Shown one piece after another: positions 1 through 8,577 of a stretch of 50,568 nucleotides of DNA (position 1 is the first letter of the stretch; each line of letters begins with the position of its first letter). The stretch is from assembly GCA_013044295.1 (NCBI GenBank), contig JABEUU010000175.1, positions 1-50,568 on the forward strand, read 5' to 3'. Position numbers and translations under genes: made by a program. A model generated the notes under the pieces. The model searched no databases and was not told where the DNA came from. It saw only the letters and a list, made by a program, of their open reading frames with translations. Source of the DNA: Candidatus Dormiibacterota bacterium (GTDB lineage Bacteria > Chloroflexota > Dormibacteria > Aeolococcales > Bog-877).

Positions 1-1102
1 CCGCGGTGAGTTGCTCTGGAACGGGGGCAGGGCGGCCGTGCTGGACTCTCGTCCGGCCGGAGCGGGAGCGAGCGTCCAGAGCTGCCTGGTGGAGCTGGGC
101 GCTCTGCGCTCCGGGGCATCGGTGAGGGCACGGGTGGATCAGGATCACCGCGCCGGCTGCGCCGCCCACCATTCCGCGACCCACCTGCTCAACCGGGCCC
201 TCCGCGAGGTCCTCGGCGAGGGCGTGGTCCAGCGCGGCTCCCTGGTGGCGCCCGACCACGCCACCTTCGATTTCAGCTGGCCCTCTCCAGTCAGCGAGGA
301 GCAGCTGACAGAGGTCGAGCGGCTCCTGAACCGGCAGCTGCGCCGTGACCTCAGTCGCCGGGTGGAGTTGCTGCCGATCGACGTGGCCCGCACCAGCGGC
401 GCGGTGGCGCTCCCGGATGAGCCCTATGGTGACGTGGTTCGAGTCGTGAGCTTTGGTGACTTCTCGCGCGAGCTCTGTGGCGGCACTCACGTGGCCCGGT
501 CGGGTGAGATAGGTCTGGTGGTCCTGACGGGTTCCCGCAGCGTGGGCCAGGGGCTGCGCCGGGTCGAGCTGCTGGCGGCGGCGGCGGCCGAGCGCTGGTG
601 GGAGGGCCAGCGTCGCCACCTGGCCGAGCTCTCTGACGCCGTGCGCAGCCCGGTGCCGGAGGTGATCGCCAGGGTCCGTCAGCTCCAGGAGCGGGTGCGC
701 CGGCTGGAACGGGAAGTCCATCGGAGTCGGGAACTGGGAATCGCCGGAGGCGGGTCCGCGATCCAGCAGGAGGCGGTGGCCGGGGTGAGCCTGGTGGTGG
801 AGGACCTGGTCGAGAAGATGGAGCGCCGGGAGCTGCGCCAGCACGCGGAGCAGCTGCTGGACAGGTGGCCCGATGGCTGTGCCGTGGTGCTCTCAGGGGG
901 CCAGATTCTGATCCGGGTCTCCGATGCCCTGGTCGCCCGGGGTCTCAGTGCCGGTACGATGGCCCAGGCGGTTTGCCAGGAGCTCGGGGGCCGGGGCGGC
1001 GGTAACCAGCAGCTCGGTCAGGGAGTTATCCCCGAGGAGTCCCATCGAGCGGCCATGGCCACGGTGCGTACCATCCTGGGATCCGCTCTGGAGGAAGCTT
1101 GA
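1..1102 (+). CDS. alaS: Alanyl-tRNA synthetase, C-terminal part (5' end lies upstream of the window)
   Basis: The frame is open from the window edge to TGA 1100-1102. It carries the AlaRS editing-domain zinc motifs HHSATHLL and ELCGGTHV, and a C-terminal GGRGGG (C-Ala) segment. Confidence 0.9.
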   Translation, partial: RGELLWNGGRAAVLDSRPAGAGASVQSCLVELGALRSGASVRARVDQDHRAGCAAHHSATHLLNRALREVLGEGVVQRGSLVAPDHATFDFSWPSPVSEEQLTEVERLLNRQLRRDLSRRVELLPIDVARTSGAVALPDEPYGDVVRVVSFGDFSRELCGGTHVARSGEIGLVVLTGSRSVGQGLRRVELLAAAAAERWWEGQRRHLAELSDAVRSPVPEVIARVRQLQERVRRLEREVHRSRELGIAGGGSAIQQEAVAGVSLVVEDLVEKMERRELRQHAEQLLDRWPDGCAVVLSGGQILIRVSDALVARGLSAGTMAQAVCQELGGRGGGNQQLGQGVIPEESHRAAMATVRTILGSALEEA

Positions 1103-1103
1103 T

Positions 1104-2372
1104 ATGACGCCCTCGCAGCCCGCCACGGCCCGCAGGCAACAGCGGTTCCACGTCACGGCTCTAGACATCGGCACTCAGGTGATCAAGGCGCTGGTGGTCA
1201 AGAAGGAGGCGGGAGAGGCGATCGTCCTCGGCGTCGGCCGTGCCGAGCAGGGACCTGGAAACTTCGACCCCGCGGTGCCGCCCGACCTGGAGTCGGTGGT
1301 CGAGGGCTGTCACGTGGCCCTGGAGGCCGCTGAGGACATGGCTGAGGTCATCCCGACCAGGCTGGTCATCGGCATCGGCGGAACCAAGGTGCGGGTGGTC
1401 AGCACCAGCGGCGCCAAGATCCGCGGTCGTGCCCAGGAGCGGATCTCCAGCCGAGAGCTGGCGGACCAGGTCGAGTCGATCCAGCGCCGGGCGCTCCGGG
1501 AGGCTCAGGCCAGGCTGCAGGAGGACGCGTCCTACGGCGGGGAGCAGCTGCGGCTGGTCCACTCCTCGATCACATCGGCACTGGTGGATGGTCAGCCGGT
1601 GCTCGACCCGCTCCGCTACCAGGGGCAGAAGTTGGAGCTGACCGTCTTCGACACCTTCACCAGCGAGGCTCACCTGGCCGCCATCGAGGAAATCGCCCAG
1701 GCGCTGGATCTGGAACTTCTGGGGACCGTGGCCGAGCCCTACGCGGTGGCACGCCTCGCCTCCACTCCGGATGTTCTGGAGCGGGGCGGGATCTTCATCG
1801 ACATCGGCGCCCGCACCACCACCGTGAGTCTGGTCCGAGGTGGAGTGCTGGAGTCGGCCCGCATGTTCGAGCTGGGCGGGCGGGCCTTCACGCGCAAGCT
1901 CGCCCACGACATGGACCTCTCCCTGCCGCTGGCCGAGAGCCTCAAACTGCGGCACGCCGCCGGGCTTCTGGGAGGGGACCAGCAGGCGCGGGTGCGCCGG
2001 GCGATGGGGGAGTCCGCGGAGGTGCTGGCCCAGGGGGTGGCGCTGGTCCTCCACGAGCTGGCTCAGGGCGAGCCATTGCCCGCCCAGGTTAGCCTCTGCG
2101 GGGGTGGCTCACTGCTGCCCGAGATCATGGAGCAGCTCTCGGCACTGCACTGGACCGAGTACCTTCCATTCCTGCAGCAGCCGCGGTTTCTGAGGTTGAG
2201 CCCCGAGGGCTTGCCCTCCGTCCACGACACCACCGGGCTGCTCACCAGCCCGGCTGACGTAACCCCGATGGGCCTGGCCTACCAGGCGGCGGCTGAGATC
2301 GAGGCACCGCCTCCGCCAAGTCCAACCTGGGAGGAGATGGTGCAGCGGGTCACCAGTCTGATCCGGCGATGA
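1104..2372 (+). CDS. FtsA/PilM-like actin-fold ATPase
   Basis: An in-frame ATG at 1104 lies 2 nt after the alaS stop; the listed start at 924 would overlap alaS by 180 nt. Actin-fold phosphate motifs LDIGTQVIKALVV and IFIDIGARTTTVSLV are present, with FtsA-like ELGGRAFTRKLA. The tail WEEMVQRVTSLIRR looks amphipathic. Confidence 0.75.
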   Translation: MTPSQPATARRQQRFHVTALDIGTQVIKALVVKKEAGEAIVLGVGRAEQGPGNFDPAVPPDLESVVEGCHVALEAAEDMAEVIPTRLVIGIGGTKVRVVSTSGAKIRGRAQERISSRELADQVESIQRRALREAQARLQEDASYGGEQLRLVHSSITSALVDGQPVLDPLRYQGQKLELTVFDTFTSEAHLAAIEEIAQALDLELLGTVAEPYAVARLASTPDVLERGGIFIDIGARTTTVSLVRGGVLESARMFELGGRAFTRKLAHDMDLSLPLAESLKLRHAAGLLGGDQQARVRRAMGESAEVLAQGVALVLHELAQGEPLPAQVSLCGGGSLLPEIMEQLSALHWTEYLPFLQQPRFLRLSPEGLPSVHDTTGLLTSPADVTPMGLAYQAAAEIEAPPPPSPTWEEMVQRVTSLIRR

Positions 2373-2440
2373 GGCGACAGCTGATGCGGCGGACCGCGCT
2401 GGCGTCCGACCTAGACCAGATGGCGGGGGTGCCCTGATCC

Positions 2441-4207
2441 ATGTCGAAGCTTCTCTACGTGGAGCCGACCGATGAGATCACGGACCTGGTCGACCGGATT
2501 CGTCGCGCCGAGGGCGAGCGCGATCTGGTTTTCGTGCTCCCGCCCGGGGGCCGGGTGCTGCGCTCGCCCCTCGACGCTCAGCTGTTGATGCAATACACCC
2601 GCGGCTTTCAGAAGCGGGTCGCGATCGTGGCCTCCGAGCCCCAGGTGCAGGCGCTGGCGATCCGGGCCGGCTTTCCCACCTTTCCCAACGTGTCGCGTCT
2701 GGAGCAGGGGATGCCGATGACGGCGGCGCCCAGCGCTGAGGAGCTGGCGGCGGCGGCGGTCCCGGTGGCGGTCGCGGCGTTGGCGCCAGAGGGAGCCGTG
2801 GTGTCCGCCGCCAGGCCGGCCGGGGTACTCAGTCGCAGGTCGCCTTCGGCGATGGTGGCGGCGGAGCCGGGGACCGCGGGCGGTGGCCCTCCGTCCCGGG
2901 GCTTCTGGCACACCCGCGCAGCGCGAAACTGGGCGATCGGAGCCGGGTCGGCGATTTTCCTGGTCGGGGTGCTAGCGGTGCTGCTGTTGCTCCCCACCGC
3001 CACTGTGCTGGTGGGAGTGCAGGCCCACCAGCTCACCGACAACGTGACCATCCAAGGCAGCGCGGGCACCCAGGCTTCGAACGTTCTCGACGTCATCCCG
3101 ACCCAGGCCCTGCTCACTCCTGACGCGACCAAGACCTTCACGGTGACCCCCAGTGGCACCCAGGTCCTGCCGCCCACCCCTGCCACCGGCGACCTCTACC
3201 TCTGCTACAACGGCGGCAAGCAGATAGGAGCCGGAACCTTGCAGCTGACCTTCACCGGGAGCGCGGCCGCGGAGTTCCAGGACCTCAGCGGCAACGGCAA
3301 TCTCGGGTTCACGCCCACCAGCGCCGGCAGCGGAGGGACCTACTCAATTCAGCCCTGCTCCAATGGTGGGGCATCGGCCCAGAGCTCCAGTCCGGGACTA
3401 CCGGTGCAGGCGGACACCAACAGCCTGGGCACCCAGGGCAACGTAGCCGCGGGGCAGCAGTGGTTCTGGGCTCCCGCCAACGAGCAGGCCAGCGCTTGTA
3501 TCAGCCCCGCCTCGGCGCCGGGCCTGTGCGTGACCGGCAACTTCACCATCTCGCTGACCAATCCCCAAGGCATGGCAGGGGGGCAGAACTCGACCAATCA
3601 GACCATCTTCAGCAGTTCCGATGTGGCCTCGGCCCAGCAGCAGGAGCAGCAGATCGCCGCCAGCCTGACCGCCATCGTGGAGCAGAACCTCAAGTCGATG
3701 GCGGGCTCGGCAGTCATTGCTCAGGACTCCAGCGGCAACGGGGTTCAGTTGACGGTCACCGACCCCACCCTGCCCACCGTGGGCCAGGCCGGACATGCGC
3801 AGACGCTCACCGTCTCGGTCAACGCGGCGGCCACCGCCTACAGCCCCAAGGCCGCCAGGGCAGCTGTCCTGGCCGACCTCGAGTCCAAGGTCCCCAGCGA
3901 TGGCGCCCTGTTGCCTAACCCCAAAATTGGGGCCATTCAGGTGGTGTCGGCCGGCCCCGGCGGCAGCGTCACCCTGAGCTCCGCGGCCGTGGGCTACTGG
4001 GCTCCCCGGGTAGACCTCCAGCCATACCGCAGCAAGGTCACTTTCATGAGCCCAGGCGCGGCGCGCTCCTTCCTGCTGTCGCAGTTGCCGGGGGCCAGTA
4101 CCGTGGTGGTGCATCAGTCACCTTTCCCACTTCCCTGGCTGCCATTGCTGTCCAGCCGGATCCAGATCGTGAGGGTGTCGATCGCCGGGGGTTCGAGCAC
4201 TGCCTGA
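2441..4207 (+). CDS. Hypothetical bitopic membrane/surface protein (588 aa)
   Basis: Long ORF with a coding-like G/C bias at third positions. It has a ~90-aa N-terminal soluble domain (MSKLLYVEPTDEITDLVDRI...), an Ala/Pro-rich linker, one TM helix (WAIGAGSAIFLVGVLAVLLLLP) and a ~400-aa S/T/G/Q/N-rich ectodomain with 4 Cys. I could not assign a family with certainty. Confidence 0.7.
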   Translation: MSKLLYVEPTDEITDLVDRIRRAEGERDLVFVLPPGGRVLRSPLDAQLLMQYTRGFQKRVAIVASEPQVQALAIRAGFPTFPNVSRLEQGMPMTAAPSAEELAAAAVPVAVAALAPEGAVVSAARPAGVLSRRSPSAMVAAEPGTAGGGPPSRGFWHTRAARNWAIGAGSAIFLVGVLAVLLLLPTATVLVGVQAHQLTDNVTIQGSAGTQASNVLDVIPTQALLTPDATKTFTVTPSGTQVLPPTPATGDLYLCYNGGKQIGAGTLQLTFTGSAAAEFQDLSGNGNLGFTPTSAGSGGTYSIQPCSNGGASAQSSSPGLPVQADTNSLGTQGNVAAGQQWFWAPANEQASACISPASAPGLCVTGNFTISLTNPQGMAGGQNSTNQTIFSSSDVASAQQQEQQIAASLTAIVEQNLKSMAGSAVIAQDSSGNGVQLTVTDPTLPTVGQAGHAQTLTVSVNAAATAYSPKAARAAVLADLESKVPSDGALLPNPKIGAIQVVSAGPGGSVTLSSAAVGYWAPRVDLQPYRSKVTFMSPGAARSFLLSQLPGASTVVVHQSPFPLPWLPLLSSRIQIVRVSIAGGSSTA

Positions 4208-4640
4208 AGCTGGAGGCGCGACCGGCCGGATCCTTGCGCTGGACCCCGGACGGGTCCGAGTTGGGGTGGCGGTGAGTGACGAGACCCGCACCATTGCTCA
4301 GCCCCATTCCACCCTGGTCCGCCGGGGGGACCGTGCGATCATGGCCGAGATCCGAGCTCTCGTGGTCGACCTCGCGGTGAGTCAGATTGTGGTCGGACTT
4401 CCCCTGGGCCTCGACGGCGACGAAGGTCCGGCCGTGGTGGAGGCCCGCGGCTTCGGCGCAGCCGTGGCCCGTGCCACCGGGTTGCCTGTCGCCTTCGCGG
4501 ATGAGCGCTTCACAACCAGACAGGCGGAGCGGTCCTTGATTGAACAGGGGGTTTCACGCCGCGGCCGCCGTCAGGTTGGCGACCGCGTTGCCGCTGCCCT
4601 GCTGCTGCAGGGTGTGCTGGCTGCGGAGAGCGTCGGTTGA
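4200..4640 (+). CDS. ruvX: Holliday-junction resolvase-like nuclease RuvX (YqgF); start provisional and non-canonical
   Basis: The YqgF signature ILALDPGRVRVGVAVSDE...VVGLPLGLDG...DERFTT is present. The conserved LDPG Asp lies upstream of the first canonical start (GTG 4266). The frame is open only from 4173 and offers just CTG 4200, ATC 4230 and CTG 4239 as starts. Confidence 0.8.
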   Translation: MPEAGGATGRILALDPGRVRVGVAVSDETRTIAQPHSTLVRRGDRAIMAEIRALVVDLAVSQIVVGLPLGLDGDEGPAVVEARGFGAAVARATGLPVAFADERFTTRQAERSLIEQGVSRRGRRQVGDRVAAALLLQGVLAAESVG

Positions 4641-5668
4641 TTCGCCGGCATCCGCTGCGCTCGGTGGCTCTGGCCGTGATCGCGCTCTTGGTCGTGGGCC
4701 TGGCCGGAGTGGCCCTGGTGGCTCGCCGGGAGCTGGCTCCGGTGCAGAACAGCCAGACCCAGCAGGTGGTTGTCACTGTTGCCAGTGGTGAGTCCCTGTC
4801 CCACCTGGTCAACGCGCTGGCAAAGGCCCGATTGGTTCGGTCGGGGCTGTTCTTTGGGGTCTACGCCGAGGTCAAGGGCCTGGGCTCCCACCTGCACGCG
4901 GGCCGGTTCCTGCTGGATCGAGGAATGGGCCCCTCCGAAGTGGTGGCGGCGCTGGAGGGACCCCCGCTGCGCTACGCCCATTCAATCCAGGTGACCATCC
5001 CCGACGGCCTGTGGGCCCAGCAGGAGGCGGCGGTGCTCCAGAAGGCCCACCTGTTCTCGCCTACCAGCTATCTCGCCGAGGTCCAGAGTGGAACGTTCCC
5101 AGGGATAAGTCCTCTTCCCGGTGCCCCATCTGGTGCTGGGTGGGAGGGCATGACCTTTGGCGACACCTACGAAGTGAGCCCGAGCATCTCGGTTGCGTCG
5201 TTCGTCCGCCTCCAGCTCGAGGACTTCAACCGCAAGGTACGCCCGGCGGTGCTCGCCGGCGCAGCCAAGGTCGGGCTGACCCCCTACCAAGTGGTGGTGC
5301 TGGCATCGGTGGTGGGGGCGGAGGCCGCCACCAGCAAGGACCGCGGGCTGGTGGCGGGGGTTTTCTTCAACAGGCTCCGGCTGGGAATGCCGCTGCAGAG
5401 CGACGTCACAATCCTGTACGCGATGGCGCTGGCTGGCCAATCTGGTGCCGCATTCAGCACCACGTTCCCGTCTCCCTACAACACCTACTTGCACGCCGGT
5501 CTGCCCCCGGGTCCGATCAACAACCCCGGCCTGGGTGCGGTCGAGGCTGTTCTGAATCCCACCGCGACCAACTACCTGTACTTCGTCGCCCTTCCCAATG
5601 GCAAGGTGCTGTTCTCCGTTACCGCCGCTCAGCACCAGCAGCAGGTACAGGCAGCCGGCCTGGGATGA
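4637..5668 (+). CDS. mltG: Endolytic murein transglycosylase MltG (YceG family)
   Basis: TTG start overlaps the ruvX stop (TTGA). It has an N-terminal TM anchor and the YceG-type C-terminus YNTYLHAGLPPGPINNPG...YLYFVA. The conserved ruvX-mltG adjacency supports the call. Confidence 0.88.
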   Translation: MIRRHPLRSVALAVIALLVVGLAGVALVARRELAPVQNSQTQQVVVTVASGESLSHLVNALAKARLVRSGLFFGVYAEVKGLGSHLHAGRFLLDRGMGPSEVVAALEGPPLRYAHSIQVTIPDGLWAQQEAAVLQKAHLFSPTSYLAEVQSGTFPGISPLPGAPSGAGWEGMTFGDTYEVSPSISVASFVRLQLEDFNRKVRPAVLAGAAKVGLTPYQVVVLASVVGAEAATSKDRGLVAGVFFNRLRLGMPLQSDVTILYAMALAGQSGAAFSTTFPSPYNTYLHAGLPPGPINNPGLGAVEAVLNPTATNYLYFVALPNGKVLFSVTAAQHQQQVQAAGLG

Positions 5669-5707
5669 GGCGCCAGGGGAGTCCCGCGCCAAAGGCGCGG
5701 TAGCCGG

Positions 5708-6373
5708 ATGACTCTGCTGACCGCGCTCCTTTGGGCCGTGGTGGGAGCCTTGGGCGGGTTGGGAATCGGCCGCGTGTCGCTCCGCCTGGAGTCCGGAATC
5801 GGTGAACTCGGGCCGGGCGAGAGGAGCGGCCGGACCTGGATCGAGACGTGGCTGCTGCCGGCCCTGGGCCTGATTGGGTTCTACACCTTTGCCATGCGCC
5901 AAGGAATGGGCCCCGGCCTTTTGGTGCACAGTCTTTGGATCCTGGTGTTGATCCAGATGCTCGGCTTCGACCTCAAGCATCGCTTGATCCTGGACGTGGT
6001 GACCCTGCCGGCGATGGTCGTGGCCCTGGTGCTGGCGTCCTTCAGCCCCGATCTCAGCCTCTGGAGCGCTCTGTTCGGAATGCTGGTGGGGGGCGGGGTC
6101 CTGCTCCCGCTGGCGGTGGTCAGTTCCATCTTCCACGGGGGGCGTGGCTTCGGCTGGGGTGACGTCAAGCTGGGGATGGTGATCGGGGGCATCACCGGGA
6201 TGAGTCTGAACTACGGCGGGCTCTACACCCTGTGGGCGCTGATCGCGGGCACCATGATCGGCGGGGTTATCACAGTGGGTCTCTTGCTGACCAGGCGGCT
6301 GAGCCTCCACGACGCTGTCCCCTATGGGCCGTTCCTGATCTTGGGCTGTGGCCTGATCCTCTTCTTCATGTGA
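5708..6373 (+). CDS. A24-family prepilin-type aspartyl peptidase (no N-terminal methyltransferase domain)
   Basis: Polytopic membrane protein with the two Asp motifs FDLKHRLILD and GWGDVKLG, and a C-terminal VPYGPFLILG. Confidence 0.8.
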   Translation: MTLLTALLWAVVGALGGLGIGRVSLRLESGIGELGPGERSGRTWIETWLLPALGLIGFYTFAMRQGMGPGLLVHSLWILVLIQMLGFDLKHRLILDVVTLPAMVVALVLASFSPDLSLWSALFGMLVGGGVLLPLAVVSSIFHGGRGFGWGDVKLGMVIGGITGMSLNYGGLYTLWALIAGTMIGGVITVGLLLTRRLSLHDAVPYGPFLILGCGLILFFM

Positions 6374-6909
6374 GCCGGGGATGGGATCCTTCCATCGACT
6401 CGCAGTGACGGCGCTGATTCCCTCGCCCGTCTAGCCGGTGCTCGGGTGACCGGGCGCTGGAGTGCGCCGCCTCTGGGCTCGGCCCTCTTCAGCCATTGGT
6501 CAGCAACTCAGACGCTGTCGCCCTCTGGCCTTGGGGCGGTGACCAGGGGCCAGTCCCGCATATCGGTGCAACCGGCGGGACCACATCCGGTCTGAGGAAG
6601 GGCCAGAAATGGGGACCGTGCCACCAAACCTCTCCACAGGACCCGAGAACACGATGACCCTTGCAGGCACGCCACTGCACGATCTGTTGGGCCAGCGCTG
6701 AGGAACTGGCATGGACCGGAGGCCCGAGCCGCCCTCTGGGTTAGCTGCTTGGAGTCACCTCGCCAAATTTCTCGGACGGCCGGGCCGAGATTCGCCTGGG
6801 GCGCGCCGGGCTCGTTGGCTTGGACTGGGGCGGCCGAAGCGGGGAGAGAAGGCATTTTGGCCCAGGGCAGTCGGGTCCCTCCTCCAGAAGCCGTCGCAGT
6901 GGGGGACGC

Positions 6910-8322
6910 TCAGGGGGTGGAGAGTTCCAAGCCTTCAGACACGCCACGCGCCGACTCCACCATCTCGAAGATGGCCGCGATCGGCTCCGCGGCGAGGGTC
7001 CTGCCCTCCTCCTTGCGCAACCATTTGATGGCCTCGTCGTTGTCCAGGCCGCGGCGGTAGGGACGGTCAGCGGTCAGGGCTTCAAACACATCCGCGACGG
7101 CTACGACCTGGGCTCCGAAGGGCAGGTCGGGCCCGCGCAGGTGGCGGTGGTAGCCGGAGCCGTCAAGACGCTCGTGGTGGGCCGCGGCCATCTCGGCTAC
7201 GTCACCCAGGGGCCAGAGCGGGGCCAGGATCTGGTAGGTGATCTCAGTGTGGCTCTGCATGGCGCTCACCTCAGAGCTATCGAGCGGGCCCGCCTTGTCC
7301 AGGATTGAGTTGCTGATGGCTAGCTTGCCCAGATCGTGGAGCAAGGCGGCCAGGCCAATGTGGTCGGCTTCGTCCTCGTCCAGGCCCATGACGTCGGCCA
7401 TGCGCCGTGAGAGGGCGGCCACCCGGGAGGAGTGGGTGGTGGTCCAGGGCGACTTGGCATCGACCACAGCTGCGAACACCTCACCGATCTGGAGCATGTC
7501 CGACAGAGTCGAGGAGGGGATGGTGCGGGGCCGGGGATCCAGATGGGCGACCTGCTCGGGATGGGCAATGGTGCCGAACTTCTCCCACAGCCGGTCACTG
7601 CGAGCGTGAGTCAGCACCGCATCGACCAGCTGGGGGTCGAACCAGGTACCGCGTCGGCGCCGCAGCACGGCCTCCACGCTGCGGCGTCCGCCGTGACGCC
7701 AGAAGATCTCCGCGGTCTGAGACAGCAGCACGATCCGAGCCAGCAGAGGGATCTCCTCACCCTTGAGTCCCCGGGGACGACCGGAGCCGTTCCAGTGCTC
7801 GTCTAGATTGAGGACGGCTTCGGCGGCCGGCTCGGCCCACCCGAGCTGGCGAACCAGCTCAGCGCCCTTGGTACAGCGCACCGAAATCAGTTCGTTGGCC
7901 AGGCTCGGGCCCCTGGTCCCGAGCGAGACCAGCTGGGCCATCCGGCGCGTGATCGGGGCGGCGGGCGCGGTCTGCCGGATCGCGAACAGGACGGAGCGCC
8001 ACTGGCTGCTCCAGTCCGCGACCTTGAGGTGGGCCTTGGTGGAGAGGTCGTCGGCGGCGAACCAATGGGTCACGCTGTAGGCGTTGGCCGAGCAGCCGGC
8101 ATCCTTGAGTAGCAGGGCATAGTAGAGGTCCTGACGTTCCTCGGGGCCGAGCCCGATCCAGTCCGCCAGCCGCATGCCTAGCCAGCAAGCGCGGATGGCG
8201 TGGCCCATCGGCTCACCCTCGGCAAGGTCGAGGGCCCTGGAGAGGGAGGCGATCACAAGCGAGCTGGGCAGGGTCCCGGCCCGGTCGGCGTGGAGCGGAA
8301 TCGAGACCGTGCTGGCGCCCAT
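6910..8322 (-). CDS. Tandem HD-GYP-type phosphohydrolase (degenerate N-terminal copy, probably catalytic C-terminal copy)
   Basis: The C-terminal domain carries HSSRV...LLHDLGK...HHERLDGSGYHRHL...ADVFEALTADRPYR. The N-terminal domain shows the same layout with substitutions: LLKDAGC and DEHWNGSGRPRGL. Confidence 0.85.
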   Translation of the reverse strand: MGASTVSIPLHADRAGTLPSSLVIASLSRALDLAEGEPMGHAIRACWLGMRLADWIGLGPEERQDLYYALLLKDAGCSANAYSVTHWFAADDLSTKAHLKVADWSSQWRSVLFAIRQTAPAAPITRRMAQLVSLGTRGPSLANELISVRCTKGAELVRQLGWAEPAAEAVLNLDEHWNGSGRPRGLKGEEIPLLARIVLLSQTAEIFWRHGGRRSVEAVLRRRRGTWFDPQLVDAVLTHARSDRLWEKFGTIAHPEQVAHLDPRPRTIPSSTLSDMLQIGEVFAAVVDAKSPWTTTHSSRVAALSRRMADVMGLDEDEADHIGLAALLHDLGKLAISNSILDKAGPLDSSEVSAMQSHTEITYQILAPLWPLGDVAEMAAAHHERLDGSGYHRHLRGPDLPFGAQVVAVADVFEALTADRPYRRGLDNDEAIKWLRKEEGRTLAAEPIAAIFEMVESARGVSEGLELSTP

Positions 8323-8577
8323 GGCATCGAGGCTAGGACGCCGAAGCGAGGCTCGAGATCGCGGATCTGCACCAGGTCATGAAGAGCCTGTAGCGAAGTG
8401 GAGCCAGCCCTCGTTACTTGCGCTGATTGAAGGAGCCCGCGGCTGTCACAGCCTGGAAGCTGCCATCATCATGCGGTCCTCGGCTGACCGACTGGGAATG
8501 CGGCCGAGGATGGGAGGCCGGCCCTGCGGGGTGGGCGACGCTCCCGAACCCAATGGCAAAGAGCAAGGAGTCTGTCG

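Noticed and set aside
6376-6410. A tmRNA-like 5' end (GGGGAUGGGAUCCUUCCAUCGAC) at the start of the 536-bp gap.
   Set aside because: No matching 3' T-arm (GGUUCGAnUCC) and no acceptor complement or CCA end anywhere in the gap. There is no tag-peptide reading frame and no smpB nearby.
6585-6640. GGUCUGAGGAAGGGCCAGAAAUGG resembles both the RNase P CR-I motif (GAGGAAAGUCC) and the SRP helix-8 motif (GGUCCGGAAGGAAGC).
   Set aside because: The match is only partial. There is no GNRA tetraloop in SRP register, and the other RNase P conserved regions (for example ACAGAACCCGGCUUA and GGUAAGAGCGCACC) are absent on either strand.
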